Shown here in pieces: positions 49,750 to 64,000 of a DNA stretch of 64,000 bases (within the stretch, counting starts at the first letter, position 1; each line of letters begins with the position of its first letter). The DNA is from Octopus sinensis (Eukaryota). The stretch lies in the NCBI RefSeq assembly GCF_006345805.1, contig NC_042998.1:32178001-32242000 (forward strand), given 5' to 3'. The translations under genes were made by a program, and so were the position numbers. The notes beneath the pieces are model-generated. The model was not told where the DNA came from. It saw only the letters and a list, made by a program, of their open reading frames with translations, and made no database searches.

Positions 49750-50570
49750 GTTCAAGTTCTGGCACAAAGCCAGTAGATTTGGGAGAGGGGCTAAGTCAAT
49801 TAAATCGACCCCAGTGTTCAACTGGTACTTATTTTATCGACCCCGAATGGATGAAAGGCAGAGTCAACCCCGACAAAATTTCAACTCAGAACGTGAAGAC
49901 GGACGAAATGCCGCTAAGCATTTCGTCTGACGATTCAGCCTACTTTCTTACAATTAAAAATTGGAACTTAATGAGCCGGAATGAATACCAGGAAGCATTT
50001 GGGGGGAGGGGTGCGTTAACGATTCTATTCTAATGTAGGCACAAGGCCTGAAATTTTGTGAATAATCGATTTCGTCGACTCCACTGCGTAACTGGTACTT
50101 ATTTCATCGATCCCCGAATGGATGAAGAGCAAAATCAACCCCGACAGAATTTCAACTCTGAACGTGTAGACGGACGAACTGCCGCTAAGTATTTCGTCCG
50201 GCGTGCAAACGATTTTACCAGCGACCTTAAACTTAAAATGAGAATGTCATGATCCGAAACGAATACCAGGAAGTATTTTTTTCCGGTGCGTTAACGATTC
50301 TGCTAACTCGCTGGCTTTACGAGTTAAGTGATAATTAATGGCGGTGAGCTGGCAGAATCGTTAGCACGCCGGGCGAAATGCTTTTCAGTATTTCGTCTGC
50401 TGTTACGTTCTGAGTTCAAATTCCGCCGAGGTCGAATTTGATTTCATCCTTTCGGAGTAGATTAAATAAGTAACAGTTATGCACTGGGGTCGATGTAATC
50501 GACTGAATTCCTTTGCCTGCCCTTGTTTGTCCCCTCTGTGTTTATCACCCTGTGGGCAATAAAGAAATAA
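49750..50570. mobile_element. Cluster of older minus-strand SINE 1 copies plus a plus-strand monomer (50339-50570)
   Basis: Shared core motif. Confidence 0.75.
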
Positions 50571-51619
50571 GTAATTAAGGTTGATACACGATTGAGCTGA
50601 AAGTCGACTTATAATCGTGTGAGCATTTGTGTGTGTGTGTCCAGGAGTGTGTGTGCGTAGGTGTGTCTGTGTGTGCAGATGTATGTATAGGTATGTGTGT
50701 GTGTGTGTGCAGATGTGTGTATAGGTCTTTGTGTGCGTGTGCAGAATGTGTGTGTGTGTGTGAGTTAAGTGAGCCAACAGTTTTAGCTGCCACATTATTA
50801 AAGCAAATATTAAGTTTTTTTTCTCTGTGTGACCAGAAAAGGCATCGTTACGACTAGTTTAAAGCTTAATCGGTACAGGTTCGAATACGTATCAAGCATA
50901 TTTGAATTGATACCAAGTTTAAACTTATTCATAATGTATTGATATTTGCAATGATATAGTTAATACGTTTTATCCAATATCAGTCATTTGTTTAAATCTC
51001 TCTCTCTCTCTTTGACAGGAAAATAGGGTCAGATGTAGAAATTCGAAAACTCCAGTAAGAGACAAGTCGCATATATTTAATTTGTTTGTCAGATGTTGGT
51101 TTAACAGAAATACCACATTTTTATGTGTCTGTGTGTGTCTCCCCCACCTTCTCTCTCTCTGTTTTACAAGTTTTACATCATCTGAAAAGTCATTAGTTGA
51201 ACTATTATTATTCTTGCATTCTGGTGGGGGCGGGTATCGGAGCGTTTGAGTGACATAAGACCCCAACAAACGCCCATAAATTAAATTACATCTATCTCGG
51301 CCACGATCGTGGTCCGTTGCGCTTTATCTGTTAACTGTATTATAACGTTACGTCCTAAAGTTCCAAGTTAGAAAGAGCGGGTTTCTACCTGGTTGTACAA
51401 CTTCTTAGGAATAGCAAATAAATATCTCTCATGTCAGATGCTACCATATCAAAAGACAACCTAGTTGTCACACAGTGGATCTGAACCCAGAACCATGTAG
51501 TTGGAAAATTACTCGGCAACATTGCAGATAATGAGGGTGTAAGGGTTTGAATACTTTTGATCATTTTTTCCAGCTTTTTTGAAAAATTCTTTATTGCTGC
51601 TATACAGCGGAACCAACAT

Positions 51620-52045
51620 ATTCTTTTCTATTCTTGGCACAAAGCCCGAAATTTTGGGGGAGGGAGGTAGTCGATTAGATCGTATGCAACTGGTACTTAA
51701 TTTATCGACCCTGAAAGGATGAAAGGCAAATTCGACCTCAGCGGAATTTGAACTTAGAACGTAAAGACAGACGAAATACCGCTAAGCATTTCACCCAGCG
51801 TGCTAACGTTTCTTATTTCTTTATTGCCCACAAGGGGCTAAACATAGAGGGGACAAACAAGGACAGAAAAACGGATTAAGTCGATTACATCGACCCCAGT
51901 GCGTAACTGGTACTTAATTTATCGACCCCGCAAGGATGAAAGGCAAATTCGACCTCGGTAGAATTTGAACTCAGAACGTAGTGGCAGACGAAATACTGCT
52001 AAGCATTTACCCCGACGTGCTAACATTTCTGCCAGCTCGCCGCCT
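51620..52045 (-). mobile_element. SINE family 1 dimer (A + B)
   Basis: TSD-like gc(g/a)gaa(c/a)caacatatt. Same agaaacgttagc junction as 14765. Confidence 0.87.
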
Positions 52046-53469
52046 TCGCAGAAACAACATATTACACTTTCAAAAATACTTTTTATAGTTTTTAATATTC
52101 AGCTTGAAATGACTAAATTTTTGGAATATATTAAATGCTATTAAGTTAGTCATGGCCTGGGCCATTACTGGCCGAAACCTATCAAAGTATTTTAAATGGT
52201 TAGTCGTTAGATTATTTCTTCAACATTTACTAGCAAGAATGAGTGTACTAAATAAATGAGACATCCGTGAATGCATAATCATAGTAGAGAAGTTATAACT
52301 TAGAAGCTCCTGGTCATAAATGTTCTTTTCGTTATTGGTCTTACATGAAATTGTTTCACAGAATATATATCTATAGCTATACATAATTTGGTGTCAAGTC
52401 CAAGATACCTATGTCGGGTATATTGTTTTCGCATATCTTAAAGAGATTTTGAAAGGCATGTTCCTCCAGTCCTCCTTGTATTAAACTGTGAGGATTGTCC
52501 CAGTGTCTATAGCAGTTACGCTATTTACTTGAAGGCTGCTCTTCTTGCAATTTGCACGTTGCGTATTTTTTTAGCAAGAACATGATTCTCTTTACTGCAG
52601 ACGTTAGTAAATTGAAAATATTTTATGTCAGTGTTCAGCAGATATATATATCTCTCTCTCTCTTCTCTCTCTCTCTCTTTCTTTTTTGATAAGTATATAG
52701 ATGTGCATATACCTGCATGTGCACATACACGTATACATTCATCTATTTATCAAACCATCTTTATATGCGTGTCATTTATGTTTACGCTTACATATGTGAT
52801 AGAATTTCAAGTATTAATAAAAGATAACAACATGTATGGGTTAGTAATCTTTAGATGCAACTAAATATTAAAGCAAATGGTTATTAGATAAACTGCTCAT
52901 CAATTCAGTAGATTCTTTTTGAAAATATTTATAATGCAATTTACTTCTTCGATGTTAAATCTTCCTAATTTTCTATGGCTCAATTACGAGTTTCAAATTC
53001 ATCGTAACTGTGTTTAACTCAATTTAACTTGTCAATGCACACTGAGCATAATTTCATTTAGCATCAAATAAATAATTAAAATTGTTGATACAGTACAACT
53101 TAATTTCAACTAAATCTAAACCGCATTTCTAGTGATGAAATTCAGAAGTATTCCAAGAAAAAATATAATATAAATTAATTCTTGAATTGTAATTAAATTC
53201 AGTCAAATTAAAATTAAACCAAAAAGTCCAATTGAATTAAATTGTAACTCTAAAATCAATTAGTTATGCTATTTTATTAAAATCTCTATATTTATAATTG
53301 CAAAGTAGTGAAATTTTATTTATTTTCTGTTTTTACCTTTTGAATTCGATCAGCATCTGATGCTGAGTGTGAATATAAATCTCACCGTTTTAAAGAACTA
53401 ACTTTCTAGAGTTTACCTTTTGAAGAAACTTTATCGTTGATCTTCGATAATGACCTTCGATAACGCCAA

Positions 53470-53845
53470 ATTTTGGCATTGGAAGCTACACCAATGCCAG
53501 AACGGGACGACACTGCATAGTGCCAAAGGTCTCAGCAATGCCATTACTCTTCAGGACCAGTTACTGCAACAGCCTGGGTTTCAAGGGCCCACAGCTTTTT
53601 AATATTCTCCTAAAGAGTCTGAGGAACTTGCACAAAGTACATGTAGGGGTTTTTAATCAAAACTGGACCTCTTCCTGCCGAGAGTCCCAGATGAACCTAC
53701 CTCACGGCAAGAGGTGCAAATGAGGGTAGCTATATCAAACTCCATGATTCACCAAGTGCCACATATTAGAGGAGGCTCTTAGTAATAACAGTGTAGCACA
53801 AAACGGCGGTGCATCAGCATAGCCACAGCTCTGAGCTGAAACTAG
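53470..53845 (+). mobile_element. CR1/L2-type LINE 3' end
   Basis: CNSLGFKGPQLFNIL.KSLRNL…LDLFL..VPDEP and tail ggcggtgcatcagcatagccacagctctgagctgaaac. Homologous to 61401-61800. Confidence 0.85.
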
Positions 53846-54326
53846 AGGAAAAAAAGTGAGACCAACCTATACTGGAATAATTCTGTGATATCTGGAGTCG
53901 TACTATTACTACACACAAAACAAAAGTTAACTACATCGAAAGAACTAGTGCAGAGTTGATGACGAAACGTTACCCTCTTGCCAATATTTTTCTCCATAGA
54001 CTTGTGACTCCCATAATTTTTTTGCATGCATCTTACAGACACCAATCAACAATATTTCAAAGCAAAAATAAATTCTTTAAACTCATCAATCTACGAAGAC
54101 CTCTTTATTGGAATCTCCTGTCTTTTTTCTAATAAGATTTTCTAAAAAATCCATAGCATGAACTTGTCACTAGAGAAAAATAGTCTTAATGTGCATAAGA
54201 AATAGAAAAGCTATGAAATACAATAAATTAGTTGTAATAAAAGGAAAAAGAAAAATGCTTTAATTATTTCAGCTGATGTAGTAGATGGGTTTCCATCATA
54301 CTTGAATAGTTAGGAACGAGTGACCT

Positions 54327-54557
54327 GTTTCTTTATTACCCACAAGGGGCTAAACATAGAAGGGACAAACAAGGACAGACAAAACGGATTAAGTCAATTT
54401 CATCGACCCTAGTGCGCAACTGGTACTTAATTTATCGACCCCGAAAGGATGAAAGGCAAAGTCAACCTCGGCGGAATTTGAACTCAGAACGTAACGGCAG
54501 ACGAAATACTGCTAAGCATTTCGCCCGGCGTGCTAAGGTTTCTGCCAGCTCGCCGCC
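54327..54557 (-). mobile_element. SINE family 1 monomer (older copies also at 54882-55090 and 57121-57335)
   Basis: TSD ggaa(c/t)gagtgac. Confidence 0.87.
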
Positions 54558-55409
54558 TTCAAGGAATGAGTGACTTACAATGTCTACACTGTCTCTAGGA
54601 ACAATAAAGCTTGACAATGAATAAGATTGTATCAATTGAAACCACATCTGAACACGTATAATAACACGTTTAAAACATAGACATGCTGTTTCTTACAGAT
54701 TATATATAGTTTCTTTTCTGGTCTAGACTATTAATTTTGAAACCAATATTCATTTATCGTTATGAAAGAGGGAAGAATTTAAGAAATATTATTGCGCTTG
54801 ATGAAATAATTGGATTCAGGTGAGGTAAATATATTTGCTGGAAAATTTTATTAACAGCGTAATTATATGTCAGAATTGTAAGGCGGCGAAATGACAGAAT
54901 CGTTAGCACACCGGGTAAAATACTTAGCGACATTTCGTCTGTCTTTACGCTCCGAGTTCAAATTCTGTCGACTTTGACTTTCATCCTTTCGTGGTCGATA
55001 AAATAAATACCAGACAAGTACTAAGATTTATGTAATCGACTTACTCTTTCCTTGGAAATTGCTGGCTTTGTGCCAAAATTTCAAACCGATATTTCGGAGT
55101 TGTACTCGTTTCACAAATGGTTTGATTTAAAGCCGTATTTTGAAACTGAAGCAAGTATATCGTATAATAGCCATTCTAACGGCTTAATAACACGCAAAGT
55201 TCTTAATTTATTTTTGTGTAGTTGTTGTTCACCTTGTTTTTTAATATTGAATATATAAATGTGTCAGATCGTCTAGTTTTTGTTTGTCGTTTAAAATAGA
55301 TTATCAAGATATTTGACTGCAGTTTTTAGCACATCGTGAGAACGTATCGAGTCTCCATCTGAAGGTAAAATAATCGAAATTATTCAGTTGTGAAGATAAT
55401 ATTTCATCA

Positions 55410-56715
55410 ATAAAACTGACCAAGAATGTTTTGTTTTTCGTTTCGTTGTCAATAACATTCGAATGAATTTCTGGTAATTTGAAGCGCCGAATCCAAAAAT
55501 GACACCGATTTTATCTGATTGACTCTTTGCCTTCAATTTACAATGTTGCTCCGTATGATATACATGAGTTTTCCCGAATCAGATTGAAATATAGGTTAGG
55601 AGGTGAGTTCCGTTTGATAAAGTCAGAAGTCATAACACTTTGACACTCGTCAAATCGGCCGGCTGAGGATGGCCTACATGCTATGCCATATTTGACAATA
55701 TCACTGAATCGTTCAGTTTTACAAATATATTTGAAGATATTTTGGTAAGCAAGGTTTTTATCTACATATTTTTCTATTCTACATAACTATCTAATTCATT
55801 TTTGATGCTAACCTAAATTTAAAATTCTCTCTGATTTTATATTTTTGTAGACAAAGATGTAAAAAATGAGTTAATTACAAAGAGCCTGATTGACCAATCA
55901 AAACGTATTCTGCTGCATCTATGGCGAATATACTATAAAGAGCATAGAAATATATGTAAAAGGGACATATTTCATTTATTCTGGTGTAAACTGTGGACAC
56001 CAAAGTATGTCATAGGCAACGCATAGGTTATCCAAAGTCTATGTAAAAACAAAAACCCCTCTGCGGTAGACAAATCGTCAGAACAAATTAAATTTTGGAG
56101 CAACTATGCGGTAGCAAGAGCGACAAACCACCACAATGACAGATTGTTATTTTTGTGTCGTTAATACGAAAAACTTTCATTGCTACAAATAAAACAAAAA
56201 AGAATTATGCACGGGAATGCCGTTCTTAAATGCTTTGGAATCTGCAAAGAAATTCTCATGCCAATGCATACCTCTATGTCTGAACTTCCTTTGTCATGTG
56301 TTGAAGATATGTAGTTTAGTGTCTACAACAGTTAGGAGTTGTGAAAATGAATACGAAGTCCTTGGACATTAGAATAGTTGGATCTAAATAAGACCTTAGT
56401 CTCTCAAAGCAGTTCGTCTTAGCGTCCTAACATCATTAACTATGAAGACCTTAGCTACAGCAACAACACGCCCAGACTTTTCTGCAGACATGACTGCCAA
56501 AATATCGAACACATTGGCAACTCTTTATAACCACTCCAAAACAAGATTGAAACCTGTTTTATTACACAACAGAAAGCGATATGCCGCTTTACCAATTGTT
56601 TATCCAAGCAAACTTATAGAAGAGCATGAAAATGTCTAAACTGTCTGGCAGAATCTCTGCTACCAACAACTTTGCTGGTCCATATGTGTTGAACTGAAGA
56701 TGGTGTGTTTCATGG
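55410..56715 (+). mobile_element. Second, more decayed Chapaev3-type transposon
   Basis: NVFCCIYGEY…DCYFCVVN…DL.LSK…SKTRLKPVLLHN.KRYAALPI…W.ICVELKMV. Subterminal gccgaatccaaaaatgacaccgattt. Confidence 0.75.
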
Positions 56716-57472
56716 AGTAGATTTGACGAGGGTTGCATATTCATTTTAATTTAGTCGATACAGGCGGTATCAGTATACCCATTTTCCATACTGGAACGCT
56801 TCGGCAGAGTCATGACAACGCGTGAGCAAAAGTTGAAACAGACTGGATGGTTCACAGCAATTTAGCAGCATGATACAATGAACACTACTATACTTGATGG
56901 TATAGGAAACAGAACCTTCTCAATTATTTTGCATCCAGCTGTGTATCAATCTCCAGCGATCTAAGTATAAAGCATGTCTCTTTACGAGTGGTGCACATTT
57001 TGCCATTGGCGACTCAAAGATAATGAAATAAACATTAAAATTGCAAATCCATGGAGAAGAATTCATTGAACGTAGCATTCTAACGTAGGTTTTAACCGAT
57101 AACATTAAAGGGAGTCAGGAAGGCGGCGAACTGGCAGAATCGGTACCGAGATGGACAAAATACTTGGTGACATTTCTTCCGATTAACGGTCTGAGTTCAA
57201 ATTCTACAGACGTCAATTTTGCTCTTCATCCTTTCGGGGTCAACAAAATAACTTTCGGACAAGTATTGGAGTCAATGATATCGACTTACCCCTTCCCTTA
57301 AAATTGCAGGCCTTGTGCCAAAATTTGAAACTGTTATAGGAAACCAGAGAGGATTATGGGTAGAAAGAAAAGGGAAGGGAAAAACTTGAAAGCAAAGTTT
57401 TCGGTGAAGGAGCAACATAGGTGAAATAGTCAACCACATAGATTTAAAGTAGAGAAGGGGCGATAGCCACAT

Positions 57473-57511
<39 letters not shown>

Positions 57512-58035
57512 GAGTACATGGACATACGCTCTTACGCACAAAACCTTTCTGCTAAATAGAATGGATTGTGGTATAATACTACAAAAACGATATCTTCACA
57601 AAAACGATATCTTCACCTCAGCGTTGAGTACCATATATATGTGTGTGTTTGTGTGTGCATGTGTGTGTGTGTGTAAGGGGAGCCCCTTCTGTCATCGATG
57701 ACCATGGGATTGCACCTAGAGAGTTACCACCGTTGCACAAGTCCGGGCAAGGTTGTTTATGGAAGGCCAACAGTCGCACATGCATGCCAGCCTCCCCTCT
57801 TCACACTACTGATGTTATCCAAGGAAAGGTAACGGCCGATACAGCTTGGCACCAGTGATGTCGCAACTCATTTCTACAGCTGAATGAACTGGAGCAACGT
57901 GAAATAAAGTGCCTTGCTCAAGAACACAACACGCAGCCCGGTCCGAGAATCGAACATACAACCTCACGAACGTAAGCTCAACATTCTAAACACTGAGCCA
58001 TTCGCCTTCACACACATATATATGTGTATGTATGT

Positions 58036-58039
<4 letters not shown>

Positions 58040-58079
<40 letters not shown>

Positions 58080-58178
58080 ATATATATATAATATATATAT
58101 ATATAATATTTATATATATATATATATATATATATCTATATATATATATATATATAATATATATATATATATTATATT

Positions 58179-58211
<33 letters not shown>

Positions 58212-58281
58212 ATATATAGTATTTATATATATAATATTACCTATATATTTATATATATATATATTACCTATATATTTATAT

Positions 58282-58312
<31 letters not shown>

Positions 58313-58357
58313 TTATATATATAATATTATATATTTATATTATATATTTTATATAAT

Positions 58358-58390
<33 letters not shown>

Positions 58391-58407
58391 ATATTATATA
58401 ATATATT

Positions 58408-58442
<35 letters not shown>

Positions 58443-58445
58443 AGT

Positions 58446-58508
<63 letters not shown>

Positions 58509-58590
58509 TTATATATATAATATATCTATTATATATATAATATATTTATTATATATATATATATCTATATATATATAATATATATATATT

Positions 58591-58641
<51 letters not shown>

Positions 58642-58724
58642 TATATATATATATATATATATTTAATATATTTATATATATATATTTATATATATAGTAT
58701 ATATATTTATATATATATATATTT

Positions 58725-58768
<44 letters not shown>

Positions 58769-59168
58769 ATTTATATATATATTGTTTTATATATATATAT
58801 TTATATATATATATTTATATATATATATATATTTATATATATATTTATATATATATATATTTATATATATATTTTTATATATATATTTAATATATTATAT
58901 ATATTTATATATATATATATATATTTATATATAATATATATTAATTTATATATATATATTAGATATATATATATATATTTATATTATATATTTATATATA
59001 TATATATTATATATATATATATATAGATATATTTATATATATATTTATATATATTATATATATTTATTATATATATTATATTTATATATATATATATATA
59101 TATATTTATATCTTATATATATATATATATTTATATATATTTATATATATATTATATTTATAATTTAG

Positions 59169-59203
<35 letters not shown>

Positions 59204-59364
59204 TTATATATATATATATATTTTATATAGTAATATATATATATATATTTATATATATATATATTATATAATATATATATAGATAAATATATATATATAT
59301 ATTTATATATTATAGATTTATATATATTATATATATATTATTATTATATTATATATATACTATT

Positions 59365-59398
<34 letters not shown>

Positions 59399-60051
59399 TT
59401 ATATAATATATATGTATATATATAATATTTTTTATATATATTTATTATATATTATATATATATATTATATATATATATATTTATATATATTTATATATAT
59501 ATATATTTATTATATATATATTATATTTATATATATATATATATTTATATATAATATGTATTTATATATATATATTAGATATAATTATATTTATATATAT
59601 ATTATTATATATTATATTTATATATAGATATATTTATTATATATATATATAGAATACATAATATATATATATTATTTATTATATATATATATATATATAT
59701 TTATATATAATCTTATATATATTGATATATCATATATTATATATTTATATATATATATTTATATATATAATATATATATATATGTATATATATATATTTT
59801 ATATAGATATTTATTTATATACGGTAAATATTATATATATTTATATATATATAATATATTTATAACGGTAATATATCATATATATAATATATATATATAT
59901 TTATATATATATATATTATATATATTTATATATATTATTTATATATATTATATATATATATATTTATATATAGTTATATATATTTATATATATATATTTA
60001 TATATAATATATTTATATATATATATATTTATTTATATAATTAGTTTTATA

Positions 60052-60083
<32 letters not shown>

Positions 60084-60627
60084 ATATTTATATATATTTA
60101 TAATAGTATATATTTATAATATATATAGATATATTTATATATATATATAGTGTATATATATTATTTATATATATTTAGATAGATATAGATTTAGATATAT
60201 ATATTATATTATATAGAATTTTATATATATAATATTGATGATAAAACGGTAAGATAACAAAATATATTTATATATATAGATATATATATATATTATTTAT
60301 TATATATATATATATATATATTTATATATAATCTTATATATATTGATATATCATATATTATATATTTATATATATATATTTATATATATAATATATATAT
60401 ATATGTATATTATATATATATATATATATATATTTTATATATTATTTTTTATATATATATATATTTATATATATATTTTATATATATATATATTATATAT
60501 ATATTTATATATATATATATTTATATATATATTTTATATATATATATATTTATATATATATAATATATTTATATATATTATATATATATTTATAATATTA
60601 TATATATATCATTTATATATATATATT

Positions 60628-60665
<38 letters not shown>

Positions 60666-60680
60666 TATATATATATTTAT

Positions 60681-60711
<31 letters not shown>

Positions 60712-61185
60712 TTATATATATTTATATATATATATATTTTATATATTATATTTATATATATATATATATATCTTATATATATATATATATTATATTTTTA
60801 TATATATTTATATATATATAATATATTTATATATATTTATAATATATATATATATATATTTATATATATTATATTTATATATATATTTATTTATATACGG
60901 TAAATATATATATATATTATATATATATATATATTTAGAAACGGTAATATATATATATATAATATATATATATATATTTATATATCTATATATTATATAT
61001 ATTTATATATATATATTTATATATATTTATATATATATATATTTATTATATTTATATATATTTATATATATATATTTATATATATATATATTTATATATA
61101 TATATATTTATATATATTTATAATATATATATATTTCTATATATTTATATATCTATATTTATAGATATATTATTCTATATATATT

Positions 61186-61218
<33 letters not shown>

Positions 61219-61400
61219 ATTTATCTATATATGATATTTATATATATATATTAGATATATATATATTTATATATATTTATATATATATAGATATTTATAT
61301 ATATATATATTTATGATAAAACGGTAAGATAACAAAATATATTTTTATATAGATGTATATATATAATATATATTATATATATATTTATATATATATATAT
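58040..61400. repeat. About 3.4-kb degenerate (TA)n tract
   Basis: Direct reading. Contains six ACGGTA islands. Confidence 0.97.
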
Positions 61401-64000
61401 GATTGATTGATTGATTCTAGTTTCAGCTTATGAGCTGTGGCCATGCTGGGGCACCGCCATTTGGTGTTGCTACTTGGTTTCATCACTTCATGGAGGCTTT
61501 CTAGCAACTGCTATTTGGTGCATGAGAGAGTTCGATGCAGCTGCCCTCATCTGCCCCTCCTGCCGCGAAGTTGGTTCATCTGGACTGACACTGACAGGAA
61601 GAGATCCAGCTTCATTTTAAAGACATCTGTATCCACCCCATGCAGGTCTCTCAGGTTCTTCGGAGGATATTGAAGAGCTGTGGCCTCGGAAGCCCAGGCT
61701 ATCACAGAATCTTGTCCTACATCTTGATGGCAAGTTTGGAGTCCTAGGCACCACGCAGTGGCGCCCAGTTCTGGCATTTGCGTAACTCTCGATGCCAAAG
61801 TTCAGGACACTTCCCTCCAGGATCTTCCAGATGTCTATTATGGCATATCTTCCCGCCTACGCTTCAGGGAATATAATTTTAATATCTTGAGTCTTTCCCA
61901 GTAGCTTACATTCTGCATAGAGGCTATCTTCTTCGTGTAGCTTCGTTGGATCGCCTCAAGTTCTGTGATCAACTTGACACTGGATGGTGACCATAGCTGA
62001 GAGCAATAGTCAAAGTGGCTTAGGACAAGTGTCTCCAGAGGACCATCATGGTTTCTTGTTCTCTTGTTCTAAAGGTTCTAAGAATCCATCCAGCCAGCCG
62101 TCTGCATTTCATTGTCAGTTTAGCAACATGTACATGAAAGGTCGCGTCATCACTCATGTGAATACCCACTCACGCACTGATTGTGCCTCCGGGATTGCAA
62201 TCCCTCCGGGTCCAGTGTATTCATTGGGTATTGCATTCAGTTTTGCATGCTGATAGTATAAAGCTTGAAACTTTTCAGCATTGAACTGCATGCTATTCTT
62301 TTAGCCCACTTGTATATTTCGTCCAGCTCATATTGCAGGTGCTTAGTGTCTTCAGGATTCTGTATTGCCTGTGAAACTTTTGTATCATCTGCATACTTGT
62401 GATCGTGGCTCTCCGCGTGGCTGAGGGCATGTCTGAGAGGGCCATTATGAACAGTAGTGGTCCCCAAACAGTGCCCTGTGGAACACCGCTCACTATTTGC
62501 GTGCTAATGGAAGTGGCCCCATTGGCTGCTACCACCTGACTTCTATTCTTCAGAAAGTCGTGAAGCCATTCTCCTAGTTTTCCAACTATGCCAAGATCAC
62601 GCAGTTTGTGACATATCATTCCATGATCGATTTATCGAAGGCCTTTGCGAAGTCGAGATATATGACTTCCACATTTGAGTGGTTGAGCAGTTGTTTCAGC
62701 ACCCAGTCATAGTGCTGCAGGAGCTGAGTTAAGCAGCTTCTTCATGGTCGGAAACCATGTTGGGTGTCAGGCAGCAAGTCATTTTCTTCAAGAAGGTGAT
62801 TAGTTTCCTTCTGACTATTCGTTCCATGACCTTGCTGATGTGTGAGGTCAGAGAGATAGGTCTGTAGTTCTTGGCCTCCGCTCTGCTACCTCCTTTATGA
62901 ATAGGGCATATTTTACCTTCCTTCAGTTTCTTGAAGTTTGCCAGCTGCAAGGAAGCTCTGAAAGAGGAACTGCAGTGGTCTTGCTCGGACTCTCTTACAT
63001 ACTTTTAGGAGGATTGCCGGGAATCCATCGGGCCAATAGCTGAGTCTATTTTCATTTCATCTATAGCCTTTATTACATCGTCTTCCTTTATATCGATGTA
63101 ATTTATCGTCGCCGCCTCTGATTCTATATCTGCAGTGGTAAAGAAGTCAGTTGGATTGCTGATTTGGAAATGCCCAAGGGGTGGAGTGAAAACACTCTTG
63201 AATTGTTCATTCAGTATTTCACTACCCTCATTGGTTTTCCTGTGAGTGTGCCATCCTTTTCAAGGAGTGGCCCTATCCTACAGTGCACCGTAGCTGTTTC
63301 TTTGGCATACCTGTAGAAAGCTCTGGGGTTAGTTTTTATGTTGTCTATAGCCCAGCTTCTTTGTCTGCTCTTTCCTTCTCATGGGAGAGTTGCAGACACA
63401 ATTTTCAATTTCCAACAGTTTTATTTTCAGGCGGGACTTTTCACTGCTTTCATTTGTTTGTTTAGGCGATTTGAAATTTTTGTACGCCGTCTCATTAAAA
63501 TTTTCCTCTCTCTGGGGATTTTGTTCTTGTGTACAGTGGCCTTTCTCTCTGGGACACATTTGTAGCATATGGCTTGCATTACAGACATGAATTGTTGAAG
63601 TATCATGTCGATGTCCGGCGAGGAGACATTCAGGCCAGTTTTGTTTGAGGATCTCTTTCTCAATTTGTTTCCAGTTTGCCTTATTGAAGTTCAAGCTGGA
63701 AAGATTCTGAGGGTTTCTTGTAGGCTGCATGTCCGTGCTCTCTTTTGGCCCGTACATGGTCAGCTCTACCATGTTGTGATCCGAGAGTCGTGTCGGTGTC
63801 ACTTTCACATTATGGATGAGATCCATATTATTTGTGAAGCAGAGATCCAGTGTGTTACCTGCTCTGGTTGGTTGGAGTATTACTTGCTCCATGTACAGGG
63901 TGTTGATGAGGTTCAGGAGGGACCTCGCCTGTCCTCGTTCACATCTTGTCATTCCTGGGAGAGAAAGGCCCTCGGGCCATCTGACATTGGTAGATTGAAG
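61401..64000 (-). mobile_element. CR1/L2-group LINE ORF2 pseudogene (APE end + RT + 3' UTR + (AATC)n tail), continuing beyond the window
   Basis: QPTRAGNTLDLCFTNN…SDHNMV (APE); PIHKGGS…NYRPISLTSHISKVMERIV; SGVPQGTVWGPLLF; KYADDTK. Many frameshifts. Confidence 0.93.

Noticed and set aside
57914-60903. YI/IY-repeat ORFs here and throughout the window
   Set aside because: (TA)n, (CA)n and (TATG)n translation artefacts.

Overview
Eukaryotic, AT-rich, repeat-saturated DNA. The SINE families and very long (TA)n/(GAA)n/(CA)n tracts look like octopus/coleoid cephalopod sequence (pattern recognition, not a database result). I recognise no host protein-coding exon. Most ORFs in the track are microsatellite artefacts and the rest are transposon remnants. 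Contents: a near-complete DD34D mariner, a deleted DD37D (maT) element, two Chapaev-type transposase remnants, two non-autonomous Helitrons, LINE fragments (CR1/L2-type, RTE, R4/Dong-type, two CRE-like REL ends), Penelope-like element (PLE) remnants including a GIY-YIG domain, and over 25 tRNA-derived SINE copies, many multimeric. The most striking unexplained signal is a set of at least 14 minimal type I hammerhead-ribozyme (HHR) motifs from about 7-8 short repeat families. They sit in microsatellites, palindromes, tandem units and 13-bp-TSD-flanked cassettes. Their catalytic cores covary at the 3-8 pair (C-G, U-A, G-C), and two of them bracket an unrecognised, probably helical ORF.
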